This document shows, one piece after another, positions 37,010-48,194 of a DNA stretch of 64,000 nt. The DNA comes from Squalus acanthias (taxonomy: Eukaryota): contig CM059431.1 in assembly GCA_030390025.1 (NCBI GenBank), positions 131,256,001 to 131,320,000 on the forward strand, given 5' to 3'. The notes below the pieces were generated by a model. It ran no database searches. It saw nothing but the letters and a program-made list of their open reading frames with translations, and had not been told where the DNA came from. Position 1 is the first letter of the stretch; each line of letters opens with the position of its first letter. Position numbers and translations under genes: made by a program.

Positions 37010-37955
37010 ATAGAGTTTAGGGTGGGAGAAGACCTAAGCATGCATGGAGGGTAGGGTACCAAAGGACTCCAATGGAAAGGTGTGACTCATATAAATGAAG
37101 AGAGGAAGACCTGCATCTTACCCTTGCTCTCCTGGTCAGGCCACCATGAACCCATGTCCTAGGGGTGATGACCACCTTTGATACCCTAGTGCCACCTTTG
37201 GGGAAGCAGACCTACTTTCATTGCCACACTTATTCCACCAGGACCTCCACTGCGATGTTGCTGAACCTAGGAGCTCTACGCATCGACATTCTGCACATGC
37301 TGCAAGCAAGTAGATAAACAGCAGAACTGACTCTTCTCAGGGGAAATGAACAAACAAAAAAATGTTCAAAAATTATTGCACAGAAATTACTCTTCTCAAG
37401 GCCAGTGAACAAAATAAAGATATGCTTAGAAATCACAAAGATCAGAAGGACATTCTTTTGACATTGTGATTTGATACCTCTCTTTTAAGAGGTGCATTCA
37501 TCATATAAATACTGGAGGTCTCAGGGGGAAATCCCACCTCCCAATCGGGTGGTCAGCCTGTCAACGGAATGCAAATAAGGCTTGGCCATTAAAATAGACT
37601 GAGCCTTCTGTTCATGCGATCAGGTGGCCAGAACTATCGCTCTGTCCACTGACTGCCCGAACACTGCCCAGTGGGAAAATCTACCCCATCTTTAAATAGT
37701 TTGAGCTCAACAAACATTTACACCTAGCAAAGAGCTGTTCAATTGATTTTAATTTATTTTAACCTTCTTCTCCACAATCTGCTGCAGCTCTTGAGTAAGT
37801 AGAAGTGAGGGTTGAGAGTCAATTTTGTGGGAAGAATGACAATTGGGAGTGGTAGAATAAATTTGCCCAGGCTGGAATAAAATTACCTATCATTAAGAAT
37901 GATATAAAGGTGTTGCATGAAGTGTGTGATGGCACGCTCTATATACAAGACTTTT

Positions 37956-38394
37956 GGGGGGAAAATTGAGTTGCTTTTTGCCTCCCATTAGTGCCCCATG
38001 CGCAGTGCCCCGCTCGTGCCCCGGCCGCAAACTTCGCTCGTGCCCCCTGACCTACTGCCTGACGCTATGTCCGACAGGGTCAGGCTGCTATGTTTGCAGC
38101 CGGGACGGCGCAAATTAAAGGGCAGGAGCCGGACGGCCATTTTTTTGAGCCGCCTGCCAGCTGTAGTATCGCAGCGCTACCTGTCGACCCGTGTGGCGCT
38201 GCGACACGTAGCGCTGCGATATTCAATGGGAGCGCCCCAAGAGGGAGGGGGAGCGCTTCCAGTAGCACCCCGCCTCCTGCTTGGGGACGCTACCATTCAA
38301 TTTTGGTTGTGGGGGTGTTAAGTTTTCGGGGCGCTAAAAGTAGCGCCCCGGCGAAGTTAGCATCCCAAAGGGGGCACGACCCAATTTTTTCCCC
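37956..38394. mobile_element. Short MITE related to family C
   Basis: ggggggaaaattg...caattttttcccc termini and a gcgct-rich body. Confidence 0.7.
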
Positions 38395-38498
38395 TTAAAT
38401 ATATTATAGAGAAAGCACAAATTATGGGATTTGGGGAGCTGTGAATCAATCACATAACGCTCATGTTGTAAATAAAGTATTCTTGTTTGAAATATATA

Positions 38499-40462
38499 GG
38501 CCCGTATTTTGCAGCCCCTACGGGTGCGTACGAGGTGTGCACACGCCCATAAGGGCCGTGCAAGTTCCAGGTTTAGGCATGCGACGCGCATGCGTGAAAA
38601 CCTGGAACTTGCAATCTGTCAAGAATCTTCTTGACAGATCCAATGCATCCCCAGGAAAAGGGCATCCGCGGGCGGTGAGTTGGCCTATTTGCCCAACTTC
38701 TGCCCAGCAAATGCCTGTGAAATTCTTATGCCTGGTAAAAGCAAGCGTAAGGCCTGCTTCTATCAGTGTAAGAGTTTAAATGAACATAAAAAAATATTTT
38801 TTTCACTCATTTATACATTAAAAAACCTGTACAATAAGGTAAGTTTATTTTTAGGATAGCAAAATACTGCGGATGCTGGAAATCCGAAATAACAACAGAA
38901 AACGCTGGAAAAACTCAGCAGGCCAGGCAGCATCCATGGAGAGAGAAACAGAGTTAACGGTTCAGGTCGAAGACCTTTCGTCAGAACTGGAAAAAAGCAG
39001 GAAATGAAATAGATTTTAAAGCAAGTATAATGCTGGGAAAAGGGGGAGGGGATTAAAGAACAAAAGGGAAGGTCAGTGATAGGATAGAAAGCAGGAGAGA
39101 TTAAGAGACATTAAGAGATATTCAAGGCAAGAGGAGGTGGAAATGGGACAGGTTGAGGAACAAAGGATGGCTCTAGATGAAGTGTGAATTGCGCTGGCAG
39201 AAGGAAGGACAGCTGCCATGTGGGAGGGAAGAAAAAAGGCCAAACAAAAGTGTGGATAAAATTAAAATAAAAATATATATATATGTGATAGGGGTTATGA
39301 TCTGAAATTGTTGAACTCTATGTTGAGTCCAGAGGGCAGTAGAGTGCCTAATCGAAAGATGAGGTGCTGTTCCTCGAGCTTACGCTGAGCTTGCGTGGAA
39401 CAATGCAAGAGGCCGAGGACGGTGAGGTCTGAGTGGGAATGGAGCGGTGAATTAAAGTGACGGAGCTCGGGGTCCCCCTTATGGACTAAACAGGAGGTGT
39501 TCCGCAAAGCGGTCACCCAATCTGCGTTTGGTCTCCCCAATGTAGAGGAGACCACATCGTGAGCAGCGAATACAGTATACTAAATTGCAGGAAGTACAAG
39601 TAAATCGCTGTTTCCCCTGGAAGGAGTGTTTGGGGCCCTGGACAGTGGGAAGGGGGGAGGTATAAGGGCATGTGTTGCATCTCCTGCGCTTGCACGGGAA
39701 GGTGCCGGGCGAAGGGGAAGGGGTGCTGGGGGTGGTAGAGGAGTGGACTAGGGTGTCGCGGAGGGAGCGGTCCCTGCGGAATGCTGAAAGGGGAGGTGAA
39801 GGGGAAGATGCGTTTGGTGGTAGGATCACGCTGGAGGTGGCGGAAATGGCGGAGGATGATCCGTTGAATGTGGAGGCTGGTGGGGTGAAAGGTGAGGACA
39901 AGGGGAACTCTATCGTGGTTCTGGGAGGGAGGGGCAGGGGTGAGGGCAGAAGTGCGGGAGATAGAACGGACACGGTCGAGGGCCGTGTCAACTACAGCAG
40001 AGGGGAATCCTCGGTTGAGGAAAAAGGAAGACATATCGGACATAATTTTAGCCCTTTTAAAACATTTAAATTTATTTTTCAAAAAATGTAATTTTTGTTT
40101 TAATTATTTAATTAAATGGCATTTTAATTCATTTTAAATATGTAATTTTTTTTATTTATTTGATGTGTAGATGTATTTTTTGGGGTATTCCCATTCATGC
40201 TTATGGGGTTTCTGTACATACGGAACCTCCATAAGCATGAATGGGGATTCCCTTCTTTCATTCATTGGGCCGGCCCACGTGATCCCAGGGGCGCTCGTGA
40301 ACCACCTGCGCCCCTGGGATACGTGGGCCTCTCCCCGCAGGTACCCGGAGAGGCCCAGGACCTGCGAGTCTCCGTACCTCCCGGACCACCCGGTACGCGG
40401 GCATTTTATTTGCAGATCGGAGGCATTTCCTGTGGGAAGCCTCCGACCGCAAATTCAGGGCC
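38499..40462. mobile_element. Family A MITE (inverted relative to 10112-10879) carrying a Penelope insertion
   Basis: ggcccgtattttg...caaattcagggcc with TSD ATA/ATA. Both arms align with 10112-10879. Confidence 0.85.
38856..40040 (-). mobile_element. 5'-truncated Penelope-like retroelement with GIY-YIG endonuclease and 3' pseudo-LTR
   Basis: FTCTSCNLVYCIRCSRCGLLYIGETKRRLGDRFAEHL, RKLEEQHLIFRLGTLLPSGLNIEF and RVPLVLTFHP across frameshifted ORFs. Hammerhead-like motif at 38952-38988 with GAAA changed to GAAC. Confidence 0.92.
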
Positions 40463-40589
40463 ATAGTTTAAAACCTCTCCTCTGATCAATTTAAAGAACA
40501 AGAATGCGTTGTTCCTGAATGCTATCTAGTGATTCCTACTAGGAAGGGCTTGTGTGGTTGTCAGATGAAAACAGGATTAGTATTGGCCG

Positions 40590-40720
40590 TGATAAAAACA
40601 GAAAATGCTGGAATCACTCAGCATGTCAAGCAGCATCTGTGGAGAGAGAAACAGAGTTACACATTTCAAGTCGGTGACCTTTTGTCAGAACTGGAAGATG
40701 TTAGAGATTAACAGCTTTTA
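40590..40720 (-). mobile_element. Decayed Penelope pseudo-LTR fragment
   Basis: aaaaacagaaaatgctggaatcactcagc...gtcagaactgg is homologous to 38890-38990. Confidence 0.7.
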
Positions 40721-40737
40721 AGCACGTGCAGAGCCAG

Positions 40738-41160
40738 TCAGAAGGTTGCCGGTTCAAGCCCTACTCCAGCATTTAAGCAAATTATTTAGGCTGACACTTC
40801 AGTTCAGTACTGAAGCCGTGCTGCACTGTCGGAAGTGCCATCTTTTGGATGAGAAGTTAAACTGAGGCTCCATCTGCCTGTACAAGTAGATGTAAAAAAA
40901 TCCCATGGCTCCTTGTCAAAGAAGAGTAGAAAGTTTACCTGGTATCCTGAACCAACATTCATTCCTCAATCAATGCCACCAAAAGAACAGATTAACTCGT
41001 TATTTATTTAATTATTGTTTATGGAACCTTGGTGTGTATCATCTCTGCCTACAAAACAGCAGTCTCTCTGCTTCAAAAAATAATTGATTCGCTGTGAAGT
41101 GCTTTGGGAAGTCCTGAGGATGTGAAAGGCACTATACAAATGAAAGTTCTTACTTTATTT
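40738..41160 (+). mobile_element. Decayed Deu-type SINE
   Basis: ggttcaagccc B-box, gctgacacttcag...ctgcactgtcgga, and tail gtgaaaggcactatacaaatg, as in 2305-2742. Confidence 0.75.
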
Positions 41161-41401
41161 CTTTTTTTGAATTGGCAGTACTTTGTTCCTCAGAAGTGAA
41201 CTGGTAGTTGACAGTTTTCTGTGATGTGAAGAGATGTTTGTGATAGCTAAGATTCTTGTGGCTGCAGATCACAAACCATTTCCTTAATATAGCATCAGCA
41301 ACACTGTTTTTATGACTGCTTTGCCACTGACCTCTCAAGATCAAGAACGTTGTCAGAAGCCTCAACCATCTTTGAATTTCTGAAGTCATCCTGATACTTG
41401 T

Positions 41402-42481
41402 GGGTTGCCAACTCTGGCTGCACATAAACCTGGAAGTACCATCACATGACCTCCCACTTCCAGCCACCCCGCCCAATCAAACAGCCTTTGCTGTCATCGT
41501 CAATATTTTTATAGCTAAAAAGTGTTTAAAGAAAATGAAAAAAAAACTTTTTTTAATGCCACTGTGATTTTTCTCCTGGGTTGCTCACAGCAGTGTCCAG
41601 AGATTAATGTTTAATTCCTGAAGACTCCAGAACAATCCTTTAGGGTTGGAAGATTGGATAAAGAGAGAGTAAAAAGAGACAGAAAAGAAGTGAGAAAAAA
41701 AAATGATTTTAAAAATCTCTAACAACAATTTACTAAGTGTAGGAATGAGACTGCACAGTTTCAATTGTTCCCTTTCTGGGCCGGAGAGGTTGAGTAGCAT
41801 TGCAGGAAATAAATCTTGTCATTAAAAAGGTACTTATGTACTTATGCTGTTAAGTTCCAGCGCTAACTTTCTGTGGCAAGTTTAATTGGCAATTAATGTG
41901 CAAATGCAGCAATATCATGAAACTTACGGGGAAATTGAGGGCGAGCTGCCATCTTTGCGAGGCTAACTCATGGGGTATCTCTTTCTCACCACAAGTTGCT
42001 GGACGATTTATACATTAACAACGGCGAGCGCCATTAAACTCGCTGCTATTTTGGCAGCAAATTCTGGCCCTATATTTTAGCAGGCACACACATAATATAC
42101 AGTTTTATTCCACTGGGACCATACTTGCAGGGATGATCAACTTGTGGCCCTTAGCTACAGAGGCATACATTAAAGACAGTATGCATTAATACCCAACAAT
42201 CCCACGGACAGAGAGAGCTGCCAATCCTCCAGGATTGTCCTGGAGTCTCCAGGAATTAAAGACTAATCTCTTCGAAACTGCTGAGAGTAACTTAGGAGAA
42301 AAATCATAGGGGCATTAAAGAAATTGTGTGTTTTTTCATTTTCTTTGAACAATTTCCTTTATTATTTAAAAAATATTGGAGATGGGTAAAAAAAAGTCTG
42401 TTTGATTGAGCGGGGCGGTTGGCAGTGGGCGGTCATGTGTCGAAACCTCCAGGAATATGTCCAACCAGAGTTGGCAGCCCT
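41402..42481. mobile_element. Two inverted copies of a roughly 250-bp MITE (41402-41650 and 42214-42481) around a fragment of another MITE
   Basis: gggttgccaactctgg vs ccagagttggcagccc, and ctccagaacaatcc vs ggattgtcctggag. 41655-42070 resembles 51620-51980. Confidence 0.6.
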
Positions 42482-43167
42482 ACAGACAGAGCAGCTTGCA
42501 ATGCTGTCGCTGATTCATAAACCATTTTTTACTGGCTCAAAGATTTCAATGCTCCTGCCCACAACCTCACCGATCCTGCTAAGTTTTTTGTTCAAAGTTC
42601 GTGTGAGAAATTGATAACACTGGAATCTTTGCAGGCGACTTTATCAGCAACGATCAAAAAATAATTAAATAATTTCAGTTTAAAATTGGCATATAGGGAG
42701 CACCTTTTTGCTACATCAGATCAGAAAGCTCTCTAGGGCCGGGCAGGAACGTCCAACCTTTTGGAGCTGGGAAGCAGATAACTGTGTCACAACCAGTAAG
42801 TGTGTGGATATGAATACACAGAAACATGCAACTCTGTACATGAAACTCAGAGTTCTGCACGTACAGAAAATCTAAACACTCCCATACACAAAAGTTCCAA
42901 ACCTCTATGCACAAAAAAACAAAGCCCTATAAATAACACGTGTAAGTCCCCCATACACAAAACATCCAATCCCCCATATAAAAAACTGAGTCCCCTCACA
43001 CAAAATGTCCAGTACCCCATACTCAAAAGTTCAAGCCCTTCCCATCCTCTTGTATCATCCTTCTCCCTCCCCTGAATCCCTTCCCTCCACCCCTACTCTA
43101 TCTTCCCCTTTCCTTGGCCTTGGAGGGAAAGTAGTGTAGATTTATTAGAATGATATGTGGACACCAA

Positions 43168-44062
43168 GGGGGAAAAATTCAGTATCGCCCCGTTTGGGGC
43201 ACAATTATCACCCGGGCGCAAAGATTAGCGCCTGGCGTTAATTATCGCCTCCGACTGCAAACTTGACTTTTATCGCCCCTGGAGGTGATTGGAGCGCTAA
43301 ATCAGGCGCTACACATCTGTCTTAAGGCGCAAAGGCCGAGGAGCGAGGCGCTAACTCAGAGCGCTGGCGAAGCTCATGTGATGTCAGTCAGCAATGGAAC
43401 ACAGACACAATGGCCCCAGCCAGTTCTTAAAGGGCAGGGTTGATCTTGCTCTCCATCCACATCCTGCTCATTGCAGCCTTGAATCTCGGCCTGGAGAGAC
43501 CTGTACATCAAATCTGCTGGAAAGAACAATGGAGAGACCAGGGAAAGAGCTCAGAGTGAAACCCCCACAGTCTCTTCTAAATCGATACAAGGAAGGGCAA
43601 ATCAAAATGAACCTGCAAAGTGCTGCTCAGTACCCAAAGCTCCTTCGCACAGCATTGAATCTCTCCAGAAGTCTCTCTCTCTCTCTCTCTCAGAATGCGT
43701 AGTTAAAAAATGTCGCCAACAAAAAAGGCAGGAAGCGGTCGCCTTTAAATAGCGCTCCCCCAGTCCCTTCCTGACTGCAAAATGCTCCCCTCAACCTGTC
43801 GTTGCTAGCGGCAGGCGGTAAGGCAGGGGGCGCCACTCAATATCCGCTCCGGGGCGCTACCGGGGCGTTGCGCACTCGACTGACGTCACGATCTGCCGGC
43901 GCAGGAGATCGTGGCGGTAGTGTTTAGCGCCGCCGCAAAATGTCTGGTTAATTTCCCTGAGCGGCGCAAACATCGCCGCGCCCAGGGCGCTAGTTGCTTT
44001 GCGCCCCATTAGCGCCCTCTTAAGGCGCTAACGGGAGGCGCGACCAACTGAATTTTTCCCCC
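43168..44062. mobile_element. Harbinger-type MITE (family C)
   Basis: Perfect 15-bp TIR gggggaaaaattcag / ctgaatttttccccc and TSD CAA/CAA. Near-identical copy at 52852-53756. Confidence 0.92.
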
Positions 44063-44231
44063 CAAGTGTTAAATTACAAAGAGAGATTACACAAACTAGG
44101 GTTGTATTCCCTGGAATTTAGAAGATTAAGGGGTGATTTGATCGACGTTTTCAAGATATTAAGGTGAACTGATAGGGTAGATAGAGAGAAACTATTTACG
44201 CTGGTTGAGGAATCTAGGACTAGGGGACATA

Positions 44232-45852
44232 TGTAAAGTTTCGCAATTATCGCGATTCAAAATAACGAAAGAGAAGCAGATTCGTTTGATCAGCTTATTT
44301 AAACGAAATGCTGTCATGATATAAAGGACACAGAAGCCTGTAAAATGGCCGCCGCACAGCGTGGCAGAAGCTTCCAGAATTTCAGTGGGCAGACAAGATG
44401 GCGTTCGAATATACATTTCAAATATAGGACAGGATGCAACCTCTTTGCATTTGTGACAATAGCAAAAGATATAAGTGCTGGAATCGTTTTCCATGCACAA
44501 GTAAGGACCATTGTACTGGGCAATCGAAGGCCAATCCAGACACATCAATACACAAATACCCCCACGGCTCTACAATGAGAGAGCCATTCTCGGGTGATTA
44601 AACAAGCATTCGGGGGCCCCCCAAAACCAGTCAGGGAGACGATTCATACAATCCTGGCTGGGCCAACAATGGGGAGAACATTAACGGGTAGTTGGCCAGT
44701 TTCAGGTGCTACCGAAACCCGTTGAAGACAAGAATCGCCCCATGCTGGGAGTTTTGAGCGACAATATTTCACAAAGGACAAACATTAAGATTTGGGCGGG
44801 AGATAAGGGAACACAGCACTATAACTATAGTGAACAAATGTCCATCGCTCTCTTATTCTCTTGATTCGGGGCCTTATTCTCTTATCTCGCTGCTGACTGC
44901 GGAGGGTTTTCGGTGTTCTCTCTGGACTCTGTTGACTATGTTGGGTGGAGCTCAAACGGAACGAGCCGCCTCAACGAGGGCCAGTGACCGGGTGCACCAT
45001 CCCGAGAGTCGGTAAACGGTGTCTGGACCCGAAGGCCCGAAGAGACGAGACGAGACGAGACGAGAAGAAGAGAAGAATCCACGTGCCGCCACGGTCAGTA
45101 AACCCCGACCGCGCCCGAAAATATAGGACTCACTTCTTGAATTCTACAGGTTATTGCACGAACCGGTCAAAGACTCTTCTTCGAATTCTACCGGCAACCG
45201 GTGTCGGACACAGGAAGACTCTTCTTCGAACCGTGTCCGAGTTCTGTCGAGTTCTTCATGACAACGGGGAGCCCAGCCTGCTTGCCGCAGCAGCGAAGAT
45301 AAACAAGTGGGGTACAGAGACCCCTCCAAACACGTGACAGTCAGGCGCTGCAGCGAAACGAGCCGAGTGCCTCACTTTAAAATTCTCCGAAGTATCACGA
45401 GTGGTGAGCATGTTTCCCGATCCTACAAATCTAGATGTAGTGTAGGTATTGATAGGGGAGGGTGGTTTTATTAAGGATAAAGTATAATGTGTTCCCCTTT
45501 TTACGATGTGCCGTGCGTTCTTCATTACCATAGACCAAGCTTTATGAATGTATGTATACTTGTACTCTCGTTAAGTTGCGCCTATGACATGTACTTCATG
45601 ATTTTGGACGCTATGCAATAAAGATTTTCCATTTCGTACTATTCAACTGGGTCTATTTGAGTTTTTCTCTGCATTACTGCTCTCGCACCTAAGTCCAGTG
45701 TCAGAACCGTAAGGGCGAGTGGGTCGAACCACTCACAGGTGCTTATTGCAACAAGGCTGGCCGGAGACCAGAGCAAGCAATAGTATTAGGCAACGAAGGC
45801 CTAACCTCGCACCAGCACCGTCTGCGATACAAGCACGACACAACCCCTTACA
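44232..45852 (+). mobile_element. Solo LTR, 1621 bp (ERV or Gypsy type)
   Basis: TGTAA...TTACA termini, exact 4-bp TSD CATA (44228-44231 and 45853-45856), AATAAA at 45617, and clean interruption of a CR1. Confidence 0.85.
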
Positions 45853-46140
45853 CATAGCCTATAAATTAGAGCCAGGCCTTTCAGGAGTGAAGTTTGGAAA
45901 CACTTCTACACACAAAGGATGGTAGAAGTTTGGAACACTCTTCTGCAAACGGCAATTGATGCTAGGTAAATTTTAAATTTTAAATCTGAGATTGATAGAT
46001 TTCTGTTAACCAAAGGTATTAAGGGATATGGGGGTGGGGGGGCAAAGGCAGGTATATGGAGTTAGGTCACAGATTATCCATGATCTCATTGAATGGCGGA
46101 ACCAGCTCGAGGGGCTAAATGGCCTACTCCTGTTCCTATG

Positions 46141-46740
46141 TTTCTCCACCCCTTCTCCATCTGGCCCCTCCCCTCTACTTCCATCCCTCTTCCCCTCCCT
46201 CATCTTATCTTCCCTCTCCCTCCTCACTTCTTCCCTATTCCCCCTCCTTCCTCTTCTGTTCCCCCTCGCCTCTTCCCTTTCCCTCCTATTCTCTTCTTTG
46301 TTCTCCCTCCCCTTCGCTTTTCTTTTCCCAGCCCTTTTCCCTACTTCTCGCCCCTTCACCCTGACTTCCCGCCTCCCCTTCTTCCCTTTCCTCCTGTTTC
46401 CTTCCCCCTCTCCTATTTTCTTCCCATCCATCTTTCCCCTCCCCGCTTCCCCTCCTTGCTCCCCTTCCTTCTTCCTAGCTCCGCACCCCTAGTCCCCCAA
46501 CTGATCTCTATTCCCCATCCCTATTCCCCATCCCTATTCCTCCCTCCACCATCCCTCTTCTCCCTTAACTTCCCTCTCCCACTCTCCCTCTGCCCTCACT
46601 TTCCTCCTTTGCCCTTCCTCACTTCTGCACCAACTTCCCCACCTTTTCCCCACCCACTCCTTTCCCCCCCACTCCTCCACCTTTCACTCTTCCACTTCCC
46701 CTACCCTACTCTCCCCATCCCTCCCCTCTTCCGCCCCCCT
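46141..46740. repeat. About 600-bp C/T-rich low-complexity tract
   Basis: Almost entirely pyrimidine on the + strand. Confidence 0.9.
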
Positions 46741-46784
46741 CATCATGCCAAAACATCCCTTTTGTCAACTATATTCTGTTGGTC

Positions 46785-47160
46785 ACACTCATTTCTGGGT
46801 CAAAAAGTTGTAGCTTATACCGAAGCTTGAGTTCATGATCTAAGATAAAGCTTCAGTGTAGTATTGAGGGGTGCTGCATTTTTGCAGGTGCCCGTTTGCC
46901 TGATAGTTCTAAAGATTCTATAGCACTCTTTGAGAAAGAACAGGGACACATCTCTGTTTTGGCAACATTCCTCCCTCAACCGACACCAATATAAAAATAA
47001 CAAATTAACCAGCCATTCATCTCATTGCTTTTTGTGGGATCCTGCTGTCTGCCATATGACTGCTGCCTTTGCCTACACAACAACAGTTTTTGCACTTCAA
47101 AGTAATTCATTGTATGTGAAATGAGATGTGGTAAGGCACTAAACCAATGCCAGTTTATTT
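46785..47160 (+). mobile_element. Heavily decayed Deu-type SINE
   Basis: cttcagtgtagtattgaggggtgctgca, cattgctttttgtgggatcctgctgt and aacagtttttgcacttcaaaagtaattcatt resemble the other copies. Confidence 0.55.
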
Positions 47161-48034
47161 TTGTGAAAAGGGTGACATTTTAAAATAAACATTGTAATTA
47201 TCTTCCCACTGCAGCTCTGGAGTGGGGGTGGGGTGGGACTGCAGGAGATACAGCAGGTCTGTATTCACAGGCTGCTGCTGTGCACTCATGCATTAAGGCA
47301 GTTTCATAGCACAGCAGGTCTTTAGCAGCGCCATGAACTGCCTTTGCTCACTAACTATCAGCTCCAATGCAAGAAATCAGCCGTCCCCTTTTTAAAAAAA
47401 ATGAAGTTTGGAAATGTCACTTTAAATCTAGACTGCAAATGAATCTGTTTGCAGTGAAATATTGTTGCAGAACAGATTTACCTGACAAGAATACATTGTG
47501 TTTAGAAGATATGGTTAGGCATTTGAGGTGCGCCTTGTTTCCTTCCCTCGCGGATCGCACATGACGACTCCGGTCCGGGCTTTGCCTTGCACCCTGTTCC
47601 GAAGATCTGAGAGCATCCAGAGGCGGAGGGTTTTTTTTTATTCCAGGATCTCTCTCTTACTCTGAGCTCTCAGTCTCAGCCTGTCCGAGTGAACTTCACA
47701 GATCAGGCACACATCAGGATTTCATCCACACACACAGGATCCATGAGGGTGGGCTCAGGTCGCAGCTCTGCAACATTCAGAGTGTATCGGTAGAGGAACA
47801 AGAGACGACTTCTTGCCTTTTTTTAATAGCCATCCTTAGACAATATATATATATATATATATGTACATGTATCCTAATCTACAGCCGGGGGAAATCTAGT
47901 GGAAATCAGCGACCGCTACCTGGAGAAACCGCCTCAGCTCCCCAGCACTGTGTTTGACAGGACTTTTAAGGGGAGTTCTTCAGGGTTTGGGCTGGGGTAA
48001 AAAAGTGGATTTTCAAAATCTATCTGCACCCATC
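47160..48034 (+). promoter_or_regulatory. Probable glypican-6 proximal promoter and 5' UTR
   Basis: Sequence with no recognisable TE directly upstream of the ATG, with a (TA)n at 47844-47862. The TSS cannot be placed from sequence alone. Confidence 0.45.
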
Positions 48035-48194
48035 ATGTCCTGGATTTCTGCTCTGTTGGCGGTGCTTTGCACTTTAACTGTGTTTTGTGGTTCGGTTGTG
48101 GCTGATGCGAAAGCTCGGACTTGTTCTGAGGTGAGACAGGCTTACAATGCGAAAGGATTCAGCCTCAGCAACATCCCCTACCAAGAGATCTCGG
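48035..48194 (+). CDS. gpc6: Glypican-6, first coding exon (signal peptide and N-terminus)
   Basis: [54 protein letters not shown] matches GPC6 as recalled ([32 protein letters not shown]). 160 coding nt, then a phase-1 donor G|gtaagg at 48195. Exon 2 is not seen in the window. Confidence 0.92.

Larger units (their letters stand above)
43130..46140 (+). mobile_element. Old CR1 3' fragment interrupted by a MITE and a solo LTR
   Basis: ctggaatttagaagattaaggggtgatttgatc...ggactaggggacata resumes after 45852 as catagcc..., ending gaggggctaaatggcctactcctgttcctatg. Confidence 0.8.

Noticed and set aside
43394..43702. ORF MEHRHNG... duplicated at 53072-53470
   Set aside because: It lies inside the family C MITE, the copies differ in frame, and no domain is recognisable.
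44945..45531. Short ORFs inside the solo LTR as accessory genes
   Set aside because: Non-ATG or short, with no recognisable motifs. They cannot be supported without homologues.
46006..46830. Pro/Phe/Leu-rich and Arg/Glu/Gly-rich ORFs up to 245 aa
   Set aside because: Artefacts of the C/T low-complexity tract, which has few stop codons.
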